A DNA stretch of 63,580 nucleotides, from NCBI GenBank assembly GCA_045578045.1, contig JAZNJM010000081.1, forward strand, positions 1 to 63,580, in the 5' to 3' direction. This DNA is from Eubacteriales bacterium. Lineage in GTDB: Bacteria > Bacillota > Clostridia > Oscillospirales > CAG-382. The stretch's first letter is position 1; the number at the start of each line of letters is the position of its first letter. Shown here piece after piece: positions 8,745-18,524 of this stretch. The notes beneath the pieces were generated by a model that saw only the letters and a list, made by a program, of their open reading frames with translations, searched no databases and had not been told where the DNA came from. A program made the translations under genes and the position numbers.

Positions 8745-10694
8745 TTGAACCATTTTGAAATAGTTTCTCAGTATAAACCAATGGGCGACCAACCGCAAGC
8801 AATTGAAAGCCTTGTTGAAGGAATTGAAAAAGGATATACAGATCAGGTTCTTCTTGGAGTTACAGGTTCGGGTAAAACATTTACAATGGCTAATATAATC
8901 GAGAGAATAAATCTTCCAACAATTGTTTTAGCTCATAATAAAACTCTTGCCGCACAGCTATATACAGAGTTTAAAGCGTTGTTTCCAAATAACGCTGTGG
9001 AATATTTCGTCTCATATTACGATTATTATCAGCCAGAGGCATACGTTCCCGGGAAAGACGTTTATATTGAGAAAGATGCATCTATAAACAACGAAATTGA
9101 TAAATTAAGACATAGTGCAACAAGTGCACTTTTTGAAAGACAAGACGTTATAATTGTTTCAAGTGTAAGCTGTATATATTCCTTAGGTTCTCCCGAAGAA
9201 TATAAAAATCAGGTTATTTCTCTTCGTCCTGGGCTTGAAATGGGAAGAAATAATCTTATAAAAAAGCTCGTTGCCCTTCAATATAGCAGAAACGATTTTG
9301 GGTTTGATAGAAATAATTTCAGAGTAAGAGGCGATACGGTGGATATCTTTCCGTCTAATTCCGATTCATATGCCATAAGGGTTGAGTTTTTTGGAGATGA
9401 AATAGATAAGGTTTCACAAATCAATACGGTAACGGGAGAAGCAGAAGCAACTCTCGGTCATTTTGCTGTATATCCGTCAACTCACTACGTTGTTAATGAA
9501 AAGGAAAAGGACGAGGCTCTTAAAGAAATTCTTGATGAGATGGAAGAAAGAGTTGAGTTTTTTGAAAGTCAGAAAAAATATATTGAAGCACAACGAATCA
9601 GAGAAAAAACTCTACTTGACGTTGAACAGCTTAGAGAAATAGGAAGATGCAACGGAATTGAAAACTATTCGAGAGTTTTATCAAGAAGAGAACCCGGAAG
9701 TACACCAAATACACTTCTTGATTATCTTCCTGAAAAATATCTTATGTTTATAGATGAAAGCCACGTTACAGTTCATCAGGTTGAAGGAATGGGCGGCGGC
9801 GACTATTCAAGAAAGAAAAATCTTGTTGATTATGGATTCAGACTTCCGTCTGCTTTCGATAACAGACCGTTGAATTTTGGCGAATTTATTGAAAAAAAGG
9901 GAATAACTGTATATGTAAGTGCAACTCCGTCTGATTTTGAAAAAGCTATTTCGCAGAATACCGTTGAGCAAATTGTTCGTCCAACGGGATTGCTTGATCC
10001 CTTAATACAAGTCAGAAAAACAGAAGGTCAGATTGATGATCTTCTTGGAGAGATAAAAGAGCGAACAGCCTTGGGAGAGCGAACTCTTGTAACAACGTTG
10101 ACAAAAAAGATGGCGGAGGATTTAAGCTCATATCTTACCTCAAACGGAGTTAAAGCAAAATATCTTCATTACGATATAAAAACAATGGAGAGGGTTGAAT
10201 TATTAAGACAGCTGAGATTAGGTGAGTTTGACGTTCTCGTTGGAATTAACCTGCTAAGAGAGGGGCTTGACTTGCCTGAGGTTTCTTTAGTTGTTATTCT
10301 TGATGCTGATAAACAAGGATTTCTTCGTTCTGAAAGCTCTCTTATTCAAACAATAGGAAGAGCCGCAAGAAACGTTAACGGAACTGTTATTATGTATGCG
10401 GATAATATAACTTCTGCTATGGAAAAAGCAATAAACGAAACAAACAGAAGAAGAAAGCTCCAAGAAGAATATAACGTAAAACACGGAATTACTCCAAAAA
10501 CTATAATAAAAGAAGTGAGAGATTCCATAGAAATAACATTCAAAATTGAAGACAATTATAAAGAGCTTTCAAAAGCAGATAAGAAAAAACGAATTGAAGA
10601 GTTAACAAAAGCAATGAAAGAAGCTGCCTCACGCCTTGAATTTGAAACAGCGGCGGCAATAAGAGACCAGATTTCAAAGCTGTCTTCGTTTTAA
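8745..10694 (+). CDS. uvrB: Excinuclease ABC subunit B
   Basis: [20 protein letters not shown], helicase motifs and a C-terminal UVR motif ([11 protein letters not shown]). TTG start after a GGAGA RBS. Confidence 0.97.
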   Translation: MNHFEIVSQYKPMGDQPQAIESLVEGIEKGYTDQVLLGVTGSGKTFTMANIIERINLPTIVLAHNKTLAAQLYTEFKALFPNNAVEYFVSYYDYYQPEAYVPGKDVYIEKDASINNEIDKLRHSATSALFERQDVIIVSSVSCIYSLGSPEEYKNQVISLRPGLEMGRNNLIKKLVALQYSRNDFGFDRNNFRVRGDTVDIFPSNSDSYAIRVEFFGDEIDKVSQINTVTGEAEATLGHFAVYPSTHYVVNEKEKDEALKEILDEMEERVEFFESQKKYIEAQRIREKTLLDVEQLREIGRCNGIENYSRVLSRREPGSTPNTLLDYLPEKYLMFIDESHVTVHQVEGMGGGDYSRKKNLVDYGFRLPSAFDNRPLNFGEFIEKKGITVYVSATPSDFEKAISQNTVEQIVRPTGLLDPLIQVRKTEGQIDDLLGEIKERTALGERTLVTTLTKKMAEDLSSYLTSNGVKAKYLHYDIKTMERVELLRQLRLGEFDVLVGINLLREGLDLPEVSLVVILDADKQGFLRSESSLIQTIGRAARNVNGTVIMYADNITSAMEKAINETNRRRKLQEEYNVKHGITPKTIIKEVRDSIEITFKIEDNYKELSKADKKKRIEELTKAMKEAASRLEFETAAAIRDQISKLSSF

Positions 10695-10777
10695 TGGTTT
10701 TTTAACCAAATTAACGTAATATAGTTTATGAAATAATAACGTAATATAAATAGGCTAAAAAAAGAAAGGAATATCAA

Positions 10778-11752
10778 ATGGAAAGTTTTATAGATTTCAT
10801 TTATAAAATTGACGGTAAACTAACTGAATTTGTTCAAGGATTATATCCAGGAGACGGTTTTTTTGGAAAAATTGTTGATTTACTGTTTTATATGTTCACT
10901 TGTTTTTCGGAGGAGATTATTTTAATTTCTCTGATTGTTTTCGTTTATTGGTGTTTTAATAAGAAAATGGGAGAGGGAATGTTGCTCACCTTATATTTTT
11001 CAAACGCAGTAAACGGAATTGTTAAGGATATTGTAAAACGTCCCCGCCCCTTTAAAAACCCCGATTTTTCATCTCATCTTGATTCTGCAAAGGGAAACGG
11101 TCTTGTTGATAAAGTACATTTAGGCGAATCGTATTCGTTTCCAAGCGGACATTCTCAAAACGCAGGTAGCTTTTGGCCTTCCTTTTACCTTGGATATAAA
11201 ACACAGTATTCAAAGAAATTCACTCTTTTGAAGATTGCACCATTTGTTGTTATCCCTCTTGTTATGGTGAGCCGTGTATATCTCGGAGTACATTATGCAT
11301 CTGATACCGTTGTTGGTGCAACACTTGGTATTTTATGCGCATTTTTAATGATGTCTATATATTATAAGTTTTATGAAAAGAAAAACACCTTGATAATTTG
11401 TGTATACGCAATTTCCCTAATTGCTCTTTTCTTTAATCCAACAGCAGACACTCTCAAAACAATGGGAATGGGACTCGGTGGAATTGCGGGTTTTATGCTT
11501 GAAAATAAATTCGTTAAATTTACAACTGAAACAACGTGGAAAAAGAAAGCCATAAGGCTTTTCATTGGCGTTTCAACCTTATTGCTTGTGAGAAGCGTGT
11601 TTAAACTTATTTTGCCCTCAATGGAAGAAGGAGCAATTTTCTATACAACAAATAAAACGTTGTATTATTGGGGCGGATTTTTCAGATATATGATAATGGG
11701 ACTTTATGGAACGTTTATCTATCCCGCAATTTTCAAAAAATTTAATTTTTAA
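10778..11752 (+). CDS. PAP2-family membrane phosphatase with an extra C-terminal polytopic region
   Basis: The three acid-phosphatase motifs are present: KDIVKRPRP, PSGHS and SRVYLGVHYASD. Confidence 0.85.
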   Translation: MESFIDFIYKIDGKLTEFVQGLYPGDGFFGKIVDLLFYMFTCFSEEIILISLIVFVYWCFNKKMGEGMLLTLYFSNAVNGIVKDIVKRPRPFKNPDFSSHLDSAKGNGLVDKVHLGESYSFPSGHSQNAGSFWPSFYLGYKTQYSKKFTLLKIAPFVVIPLVMVSRVYLGVHYASDTVVGATLGILCAFLMMSIYYKFYEKKNTLIICVYAISLIALFFNPTADTLKTMGMGLGGIAGFMLENKFVKFTTETTWKKKAIRLFIGVSTLLLVRSVFKLILPSMEEGAIFYTTNKTLYYWGGFFRYMIMGLYGTFIYPAIFKKFNF

Positions 11753-11754
11753 CC

Positions 11755-11784
11755 AAAAACCACCGCATATTTTGCGGTGGTTTT
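11755..11784 (+). terminator. Rho-independent terminator
   Basis: CCACCGCA-tatttt-TGCGGTGG followed by TTTT. Confidence 0.8.
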
Positions 11785-11827
11785 GTCAATCCTATTTATA
11801 CAATAAATAGAAAGGCGGTTATACCTT

Positions 11828-13027
11828 ATGAAGATAAAAACTTCAAAAAAGTTTTATATTTCAATAATCTCATTTTTACTTTTGATTATTTTTTCCCTTG
11901 GAACGATTGTTTCTGCAAAAGAAATATCTCCTGCCATTGATATTCTCAGAAGTAAAACTACCTTTACAAAATGCGCTCTTTCAGGCACAGAAACAAGTTT
12001 TTCAAAAGAAGATTTTGAAGCAGTTGTGGGATGCTCTTTTGATTACGTTACAATAACAAAAACTCCTTCGTCAGAAACGGGCGTTCTTAAAGTATCTGGA
12101 GTTGACGTTATAGACGGACAGAGCATAATTTCAGAAAGTCTTGACCTTTTAAAATTTGTTCCAACTTCAAAGGAAACGGAGAATAATCCGTCTTTCACCT
12201 TTACAGTTTCAGATAAAAGCTGGAAAAGTACGGATATAGTATGCAATATAAACTATTTGTCATCAATAAACTATGCACCCGTTGCTGAGAGCTTCAGAAT
12301 AAATACGGTTAAGAATATTTCAGCTTATTCTGAAATAAACGTATATGATCCGGATAATGATGAAATGACAATAAAAGTCAGCTCATACCCATCTTTTGGA
12401 AGTATCGCAATAAATACAGCCCTTAAAAGAGTAACCTATACGCCTGAAAAAAATTTTACAGGTAACGATGTCTTTACTGTTTATGCAGAAGATAAATATG
12501 GAAATAAATCAAATACAGCAAACGTATACGTTACGGTTGACAGTGATTCGGGAAATATGACTTTCGGAGATATGGGAGAAAGCGATCTCCATTATGCCGC
12601 AATAGCCCTTTCAAAAAATAATATAATGACCTATTCTAAAAAAGGCGGAGAGTATTATTTTTCACCCGATGAAGAGGTTAATAAAATTGATTTTACAGTA
12701 ATGCTTCTTTGTGCTTCAAGATTAAACGATGGAATCAGCTCTGTTAAGGATACAGAATTTATTGATGATAAAGAGCTTTCAAGCGGAAGAAAATCCTATC
12801 TCAAAAGAGCTTTAGATGTTGAAATTGTTGAAATAGGGGACAGATATTTCAAGCCCGATGAAACAATAAAAACAAATGAAGCTCGTTCTATGGTAGCTAA
12901 ATCCTTAGGACTTGATTATGAATCTGAAACGGTTGATTTGATAATGGGAAATTCTGTTTCCAAAACTAATTTAACAAAAGAAGACGTTGCAGAAATTCTT
13001 TATAATATTTGCATTTATTTGAATTAG
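11828..13027 (+). CDS. Secreted protein with an Ig/cadherin-like domain and a possible SLH-like C-terminal module
   Basis: N-terminal signal peptide. A central segment resembles a bacterial Ig/cadherin-like repeat (YDPDNDEMTIKV...VTYTPEKNFTGNDVFTVYAEDKYGN). The C-terminal assignment is weak. Confidence 0.5.
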   Translation: MKIKTSKKFYISIISFLLLIIFSLGTIVSAKEISPAIDILRSKTTFTKCALSGTETSFSKEDFEAVVGCSFDYVTITKTPSSETGVLKVSGVDVIDGQSIISESLDLLKFVPTSKETENNPSFTFTVSDKSWKSTDIVCNINYLSSINYAPVAESFRINTVKNISAYSEINVYDPDNDEMTIKVSSYPSFGSIAINTALKRVTYTPEKNFTGNDVFTVYAEDKYGNKSNTANVYVTVDSDSGNMTFGDMGESDLHYAAIALSKNNIMTYSKKGGEYYFSPDEEVNKIDFTVMLLCASRLNDGISSVKDTEFIDDKELSSGRKSYLKRALDVEIVEIGDRYFKPDETIKTNEARSMVAKSLGLDYESETVDLIMGNSVSKTNLTKEDVAEILYNICIYLN

Positions 13028-13207
13028 TGTTTCAATAATATTTTTTCATATTTATTGATAAATAATTTAAGGTTGTAAAAAGCGGGGCTTTTTTACAGCC
13101 TTAATTTTTATATACATATTTTTTTACATTTATTTTTTATTTTCTCAATAAAATATTATTTATAAAATGATATAATAATCGTCAGTAAATAAAATAGGAG
13201 TTATAAA

Positions 13208-14722
13208 ATGGACGAAATAATCAAAAAAGCCTATTCGGGTAATAGAGCATCAGTAAACGCTCTCTATAATGACAATAAAAATAAGGTTTATTCAATAGCA
13301 ATGTGTTTTCTTGATAATAAGTCAAAGGCAGAAAACGTTGTTTTGAATATCTTTTCAAAAATATGGAAAGAATTTGATAAGCTAAAGATTGAAACAGAAG
13401 ATGATTTTTCTGAAATTTGTAAATCAAGAGCTGCAATGGAATGTAAAAAAATCATTCTTAGAGAAGATTCAAGAGCTTTTGTAGTTCCAAAAAATCAGAA
13501 TATGATGATAAATTCTGAAAAAACAAACTTTTCTGTTTCTGATAAGGTTTCCCTTTGGAAAGAAGTAACTTCTGAGTTTTCAATGCTTCATAAGTTTATA
13601 TTTGTTGCAAGAACTCTTTGTAAAATGTCTCTTTCTCAAATTGCAAAGGCTGTAAACGTTGATGTAGGAACTGTTGGACTTGCAGTTAAAGCAGAAGACG
13701 TTTATTTTGGAATGACAATTAGTTTTTCTGATGTTGAAAAGAGCATTTTTGCATATGCGGAAACTCTTCAGTTTGCTCCTTCCGATTTAAGCGTTGTAAT
13801 AAATGCTATTGATGAATACGTAACACCATTTGAGAAAAATGCTTTAATAGGAAAAATACGTGTTTTATCAGCTGTTTTGGTTGTTGCTGTTATTGTTGCG
13901 GTAGTCGTTCTTCTTATAACGATTATTGGCGGAGGTAATTCTGAAAACGTATCAAGCGGTTCATCATCATCTTCTGAGGAGATTGAACCAAAATGGGAAA
14001 GCTCTGTAACCGCAACTGATTATGCTGTTATCGACATAAAGAACTACGGAAAAATTTCAATAGCTCTTGATGGAAAAACTGCTCCCATAACTGTCGAAAA
14101 TTTCAAAAAACTTGCAAAAAAAGGTTTTTATGATGGACTTACATTCCATAGAATCATTGAAAACTTTATGATGCAGGGGGGTGATCCCGATGCAAACGGT
14201 ACGGGTGGTTCTGATGAAGAAATAAAGGGCGAATTTTATGCAAACGGTGTTGAAAATAATATTGGTCATTTCAGAGGCGCAATCTCAATGGCTCGTTCAA
14301 ATCCAATGGATAGTGCAAGCTCTCAATTCTTTATAGTTCATAAAGATAGTCCACATCTTAACGGAAAATATGCCGCTTTTGGATTCGTTGTTGATGGAAT
14401 TGAAATTGTTGATAAGATTTGTAAAGATGCGAAACCAACTGATGACAACGGAACAATTCCTTTTGCAAATCAGCCTATAATTAATTCTGTTAAAATTTAT
14501 TCCGTTGAAGAATTTAAAAATATTTCAGATACGGATGAATCAAAAATAAATTCCGAAACCGCTTCAGAAACAGTATCCGGTGAAAATTCTGAAACAGCTT
14601 CAGAAGCAGTATCTGGTGAAAATTCTGAAACAGTATCTGAAACAGCATCTGATGATAATTCTGAAACAGTATCGGAAGCAGTATCTGAAACAGTATCAGA
14701 TTTAACGTCTGAAAATAAATAG
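13208..14722 (+). CDS. Sigma-70/ECF-like domain fused through one TM helix to an extracytoplasmic cyclophilin-type peptidyl-prolyl isomerase
   Basis: N-terminal region-2-like and region-4 HTH-like segments (MSLSQIAKAVNVDVGTVG). TM helix VLSAVLVVAVIVAVVVLLITII. Cyclophilin motifs FHRIIENFMMQGGDP and SMARSNPMDSASSQFFIV. Ser/Glu-rich repeat tail. Confidence 0.8.
   Translation: MDEIIKKAYSGNRASVNALYNDNKNKVYSIAMCFLDNKSKAENVVLNIFSKIWKEFDKLKIETEDDFSEICKSRAAMECKKIILREDSRAFVVPKNQNMMINSEKTNFSVSDKVSLWKEVTSEFSMLHKFIFVARTLCKMSLSQIAKAVNVDVGTVGLAVKAEDVYFGMTISFSDVEKSIFAYAETLQFAPSDLSVVINAIDEYVTPFEKNALIGKIRVLSAVLVVAVIVAVVVLLITIIGGGNSENVSSGSSSSSEEIEPKWESSVTATDYAVIDIKNYGKISIALDGKTAPITVENFKKLAKKGFYDGLTFHRIIENFMMQGGDPDANGTGGSDEEIKGEFYANGVENNIGHFRGAISMARSNPMDSASSQFFIVHKDSPHLNGKYAAFGFVVDGIEIVDKICKDAKPTDDNGTIPFANQPIINSVKIYSVEEFKNISDTDESKINSETASETVSGENSETASEAVSGENSETVSETASDDNSETVSEAVSETVSDLTSENK
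14552..14700 (+). repeat. In-frame 36-bp (12-aa) tandem repeat, about 4 degenerate copies
   Basis: Units start at 14552, 14588, 14624 and 14660 and encode SETASE(A/T)VSGEN-like repeats. Confidence 0.85.
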
Positions 14723-14830
14723 GAAAACGTTTCCTAAGAAGAATTTAAAAAGATTCTGAAAAATTTGATAATAATTAGCTTTTAAAAATTGCAATTTAAA
14801 CTTTTAAAATAATAATTATGCCAAAATTCA

Positions 14831-14872
14831 AGGTATATTCCTTTAAAAACAAAGGAATATACCTCGTTTTTT
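14831..14872 (+). terminator. Rho-independent terminator
   Basis: AGGTATATTCCTTT-aaaaac-AAAGGAATATACCT followed by CGTTTTTT. Confidence 0.85.
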
Positions 14873-14939
14873 ATACAAATAAATTTTGTTAGACGAAAGT
14901 CTGACGATTTTGAGGTCGTTTCAAAAAATGCATACGTTT

Positions 14940-16268
14940 TTATTCCCTTAATATAATTGTTAATTTTTCCCTTGGGTTTAGATTTTTGTCAAGCCAACAA
15001 ATTGTATAGCCTTCTTTTATATATTCGCTATCTTCAAGTTCTGCTTCTTTATTATAAACTTTTATTTCAACACAAAAAAATGTTTTTAGATTACTAACGG
15101 TACATAAAGGCAAATACATTTCTGAATCATTAGATTTAAAGTTATAAACTCCAGTTGAAACATATCCCGATAGTTCTTCCGCACATATTCTATCTCCATA
15201 TGATATAAGAAAATCAGATATTGTTGACCATATTATTTCATATCCCTTTGAATTAGGATGAACAGAATCGCAAAGCAGTTCTTCTGTATTTTCAAATTTT
15301 TGATAAACGTCAACGTAATAGGAACTTGTTTCCTTCGCAACCTCTTCAACGGCTTTTATAAATAATGGATAGCATTGAGTAATACCCCCATAGTTTTTAT
15401 ATCTTTCAAAATTAAGTTTTTCTGTTTTAATGTTGTTTGGACTAACAAAAATGACCTTTGCACCTATATTTTTGCATTTTGAATATAATTGTCTCAGCTC
15501 ATTTTTAAAGTTTTCTACAGTTTTATCACTATAATAATATTGAACGCAATCATTAATTCCAAGCATCACTAAAACAATTTGAGGAGAATATGCCTCTACG
15601 TCCCTTTCAAATCGAATTAATGCTTCCGTTGCCCTGTCTGCACTCACGCCTGAATTTATAACCTTACATCCAATTAAATCACTGAGCTTTTCTGTCCACC
15701 CACCGTTACACGTTACGCTATCTCCCAAGGCAACAATAGTTTTTCCCGAATAAGCTGTTGGTTCAATTTTCTTTTTTGTATACGTAACGGTGAAATATGC
15801 TTCTGTTTTTAAATTTCCTTCTTTTAAAGTTCCCTCTGCTTGAATTGTCTTTGAAGTGAAATCTATTCCGTGTGGATATAAAACGTCCCCAACACGTATT
15901 TTGCTCCAAACAGAATAATTCTTTTTTCCAAAGTCATTGCCTTCTTTGTATTCGGGATTATATGAAAAGCATAGTCCAAATGAATTTTTTCCAACCTCTT
16001 TCGTGTATGAAATATGAGAAGCCGCTTTTTCTTTAACAACAAATCCACCAACAGACGATTCATATTCCGCATATAGTTTATGATAGTATAAACCCGAAAT
16101 TTTTCCGCCAGTGAAAACAATGTTCATCATATTTATATAATTATCCCACATTTCACCCGTTTTTGAGATATACAGCTTTTCTGTTAATTCATCACAATTT
16201 CCGATTAATGATGGAGAGACAATGTTTAAAAGGACAATAACAATCATAAATAAAGCTGTTTTTTTCAT
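14940..16268 (-). CDS. Secreted SGNH/GDSL-family hydrolase with an N-terminal domain of unknown function
   Basis: Signal peptide, block I ALGDSVT, block V DSVHPN. Confidence 0.8.
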   Translation of the reverse strand: MKKTALFMIVIVLLNIVSPSLIGNCDELTEKLYISKTGEMWDNYINMMNIVFTGGKISGLYYHKLYAEYESSVGGFVVKEKAASHISYTKEVGKNSFGLCFSYNPEYKEGNDFGKKNYSVWSKIRVGDVLYPHGIDFTSKTIQAEGTLKEGNLKTEAYFTVTYTKKKIEPTAYSGKTIVALGDSVTCNGGWTEKLSDLIGCKVINSGVSADRATEALIRFERDVEAYSPQIVLVMLGINDCVQYYYSDKTVENFKNELRQLYSKCKNIGAKVIFVSPNNIKTEKLNFERYKNYGGITQCYPLFIKAVEEVAKETSSYYVDVYQKFENTEELLCDSVHPNSKGYEIIWSTISDFLISYGDRICAEELSGYVSTGVYNFKSNDSEMYLPLCTVSNLKTFFCVEIKVYNKEAELEDSEYIKEGYTICWLDKNLNPREKLTIILRE

Positions 16269-16440
16269 ATATCCCCCTAAAGTTTAATTTGTTTGTTGTT
16301 TTATTTATATGTTTATATTTTTCCATTTATAACTCTGAACCTAAGAATAATATCTGAGGTTTAAAAGATATATTTCGTTTAAAAAGCCTAAAGAGTTCAT
16401 TGATTCATCAAGATAATTGTGAAACATTTACATTTTGGTC

Positions 16441-16469
16441 TTGACATTCCATTTCTCATATGGTATAAT
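16441..16469 (+). promoter_or_regulatory. Near-consensus sigma-A promoter
   Basis: TTGACA (16441-16446), 17-nt spacer, TGgTATAAT with the hexamer at 16464-16469. Confidence 0.7.
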
Positions 16470-16482
16470 GCTTAACGAAGGA

Positions 16483-16513
16483 AATTGTTGTTTTTTGCAG
16501 TAAAACAACAATT
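16483..16513 (+). other. 5' UTR stem-loop with a 12-bp perfect stem
   Basis: AATTGTTGTTTT-ttgcagt-AAAACAACAATT, followed by an A-rich stretch and not by a T-run. Confidence 0.5.
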
Positions 16514-16549
16514 AAAAAAACAAAAAAAAGACACAAAGGAGTCAAAGCA

Positions 16550-18112
16550 ATGAAAAAAGTTTTAAGTATTTTGTTGCTTGTTTGTCTCGTTGTATGCTGC
16601 TTTACCGCTTGCGGTGATGATGAGCCTTCATCTTCCGCAACCGAAAGCAAAGCAGAAACATCCAAAGATACAAGCACAGATACCTCCGAGGAAACCGAAA
16701 AAGGTGAAAAAATCAGTTATGCCGATCTCGAAAAAAGAGACCTCGGCGGCAGAGAGATTTATATCATCGAACGTTGGTTTGGATACGGAAAAAGCACAAT
16801 CGACTTTACGGGCGAAGTTCTTTATATGGAAGATGATAACGGCTCGCTCACAAACGTAAACCAGGCAAAAAAAGACATTATTGAACAAGTACAAAAAGAC
16901 TACAACTGCAAAATCACAGGTGAAATCTTTGGCGAAGGTTCAACAAGTATTGTAAATGATCTTAGAACCCTCATTACTAACGACATCGCTACAAGTACAC
17001 CTAAATACGATTTCTTCTTCGAATCCTACTACTACTATACGGGCTTTATTAGTTATGGATACCTCCTCAACGTTAAAGACCTCAAAACGCTCAATCTTAA
17101 AAGCTCTTGTTGGGATCAGAACGCAGTTTCTGAGCTTTCCATCTGCAATGCACTTTATTTCATCCTTGGTGATATAAATACATATGATAACGATGGTACA
17201 ATAGCAATGCTCTTTAACAAAGAGCTTTACGAAACATTGGGCTATAAAGAAGATCTCTACAAACTTGTTAAAGACCGCGAATGGACGTTTGATAAACTTG
17301 TTGAGCTCTCCAAATCATTTGACAACATTGACCACTCTCAAGACGGCGAAAGAAACGAAAAAGATAACTGGTTTATGGGTTCTGAATCAGCTAACCTTTA
17401 TACCCACGCTGTTGCTGCTGGCGAAAGCATTTGCGGAAAAGACAAAAATGACGAAGCCCAGCTTACAATGTCAACAGAACAGACTATTAATGCTCTTACA
17501 GACGCTGTTAATTTCTATTTAAGCGGTTCAGTTCTTGTTGCTGACCTTCCTGAATACAAAGAAAAATATCAACAGCCTGGAGAAGCATACGAAAAGACAG
17601 TTACAAACGCATTCCTTGAAGGAAGAGAGCTTTTCTATATGACGTCTCTCATTCACGTACCATATTTCCGTACGATGGAAGACGAATTTGGTATCATCCC
17701 CGTTCCAATGTATTCTTCATCTCAGGACGATTACTGTTCTGAAATGGGAAATCACACAGCTTCTGTTCTTATGATTCCTAACACATCATTAGCTGATGAT
17801 GACCTTGGTCTCGTTATTCAGGCTCTCGCTGAACTTTCCGAAGAACAGCTTACTCCTGAATACTACGAAAAACAGCTCAAATTCAGAGATTTCAAAGATG
17901 AAGAATCTGCTGAAATGCTTGATATTATCTTCAACAACCGTCATTATGACCTTGGTGCAGTTTTTGGTGATTCCTGGGGCGATGTTGACACATATTACAA
18001 TGTGCTTGATACAAACATCAAATCAAGATTCGAAGGAATACAAGATATAGTTGAGGCTGATATTGAAGGTACAATGAATGATATTAAATTAGCTATGGAT
18101 TCTGCAAATTAA
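16550..18112 (+). CDS. Large extracellular solute-binding lipoprotein (ABC sugar-type SBP), orphan
   Basis: Lipobox LVVCCFTAC-G. A 520-aa protein with family-1 SBP-like composition. No permease or ATPase genes are adjacent. Confidence 0.75.
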   Translation: MKKVLSILLLVCLVVCCFTACGDDEPSSSATESKAETSKDTSTDTSEETEKGEKISYADLEKRDLGGREIYIIERWFGYGKSTIDFTGEVLYMEDDNGSLTNVNQAKKDIIEQVQKDYNCKITGEIFGEGSTSIVNDLRTLITNDIATSTPKYDFFFESYYYYTGFISYGYLLNVKDLKTLNLKSSCWDQNAVSELSICNALYFILGDINTYDNDGTIAMLFNKELYETLGYKEDLYKLVKDREWTFDKLVELSKSFDNIDHSQDGERNEKDNWFMGSESANLYTHAVAAGESICGKDKNDEAQLTMSTEQTINALTDAVNFYLSGSVLVADLPEYKEKYQQPGEAYEKTVTNAFLEGRELFYMTSLIHVPYFRTMEDEFGIIPVPMYSSSQDDYCSEMGNHTASVLMIPNTSLADDDLGLVIQALAELSEEQLTPEYYEKQLKFRDFKDEESAEMLDIIFNNRHYDLGAVFGDSWGDVDTYYNVLDTNIKSRFEGIQDIVEADIEGTMNDIKLAMDSAN

Positions 18113-18131
18113 TTTTAATTTTGTATTCAAA

Positions 18132-18167
18132 CAACCCCTTGGTTATTTTCCAAGGGGTTGTATTTTT
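18132..18167 (+). terminator. Rho-independent terminator
   Basis: CAACCCCTTGG-ttatttt-CCAAGGGGTTG followed by TATTTTT. Confidence 0.85.
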
Positions 18168-18263
18168 ATTTGAAGTTTTTTATGAATTAAATGTAAGTTC
18201 TTTTTACCACATTTTTTAGTTTTGAATAGTATTTGTGTTTAAACAATATTTGTTTTATAATAT

Positions 18264-18335
18264 TTATCAGTTGCTGTTAATTTATCAGTTGCTGTTAATT
18301 TACCAGTTGCTGTTAATTTACCAGTTGCTTTTAAG
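18264..18335. repeat. Four contiguous 18-bp tandem repeats
   Basis: TTATCAGTTGCTGTTAAT twice, then TTACCAGTTGCTGTTAAT, then TTACCAGTTGCTTTTAAG. Confidence 0.95.
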
Positions 18336-18407
18336 TTTATTTTTCTCTGTTATTATAATTTAAAATTTAAAAATCAAGGTATAAATTGTATTTTTCTCCC
18401 TTTCTTA

Positions 18408-18436
18408 TTGACATCGCTGTTAAAATGTGGTAATAT
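18408..18436 (+). promoter_or_regulatory. Sigma-A-type promoter for the recombinase gene
   Basis: TTGACA (18408-18413), 17-nt spacer, TGgTAATAT (hexamer 18431-18436). Confidence 0.65.
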
Positions 18437-18524
18437 TCAATTTGGAGTTTTAGGAAAAGTATCATATGTTTATATTTTATCTTTTGATTCTCGCTTTTTT
18501 AATAAGTAAATTTTAAAGAAAGGA

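Noticed and set aside
18264-18335. Possibility that the tandem arrays (18264-18335, 39661-39795, 59872-59981) are CRISPR arrays.
   Set aside because: The units are contiguous with no unique spacers, the repeat lengths are too short, and no cas genes are in the window.
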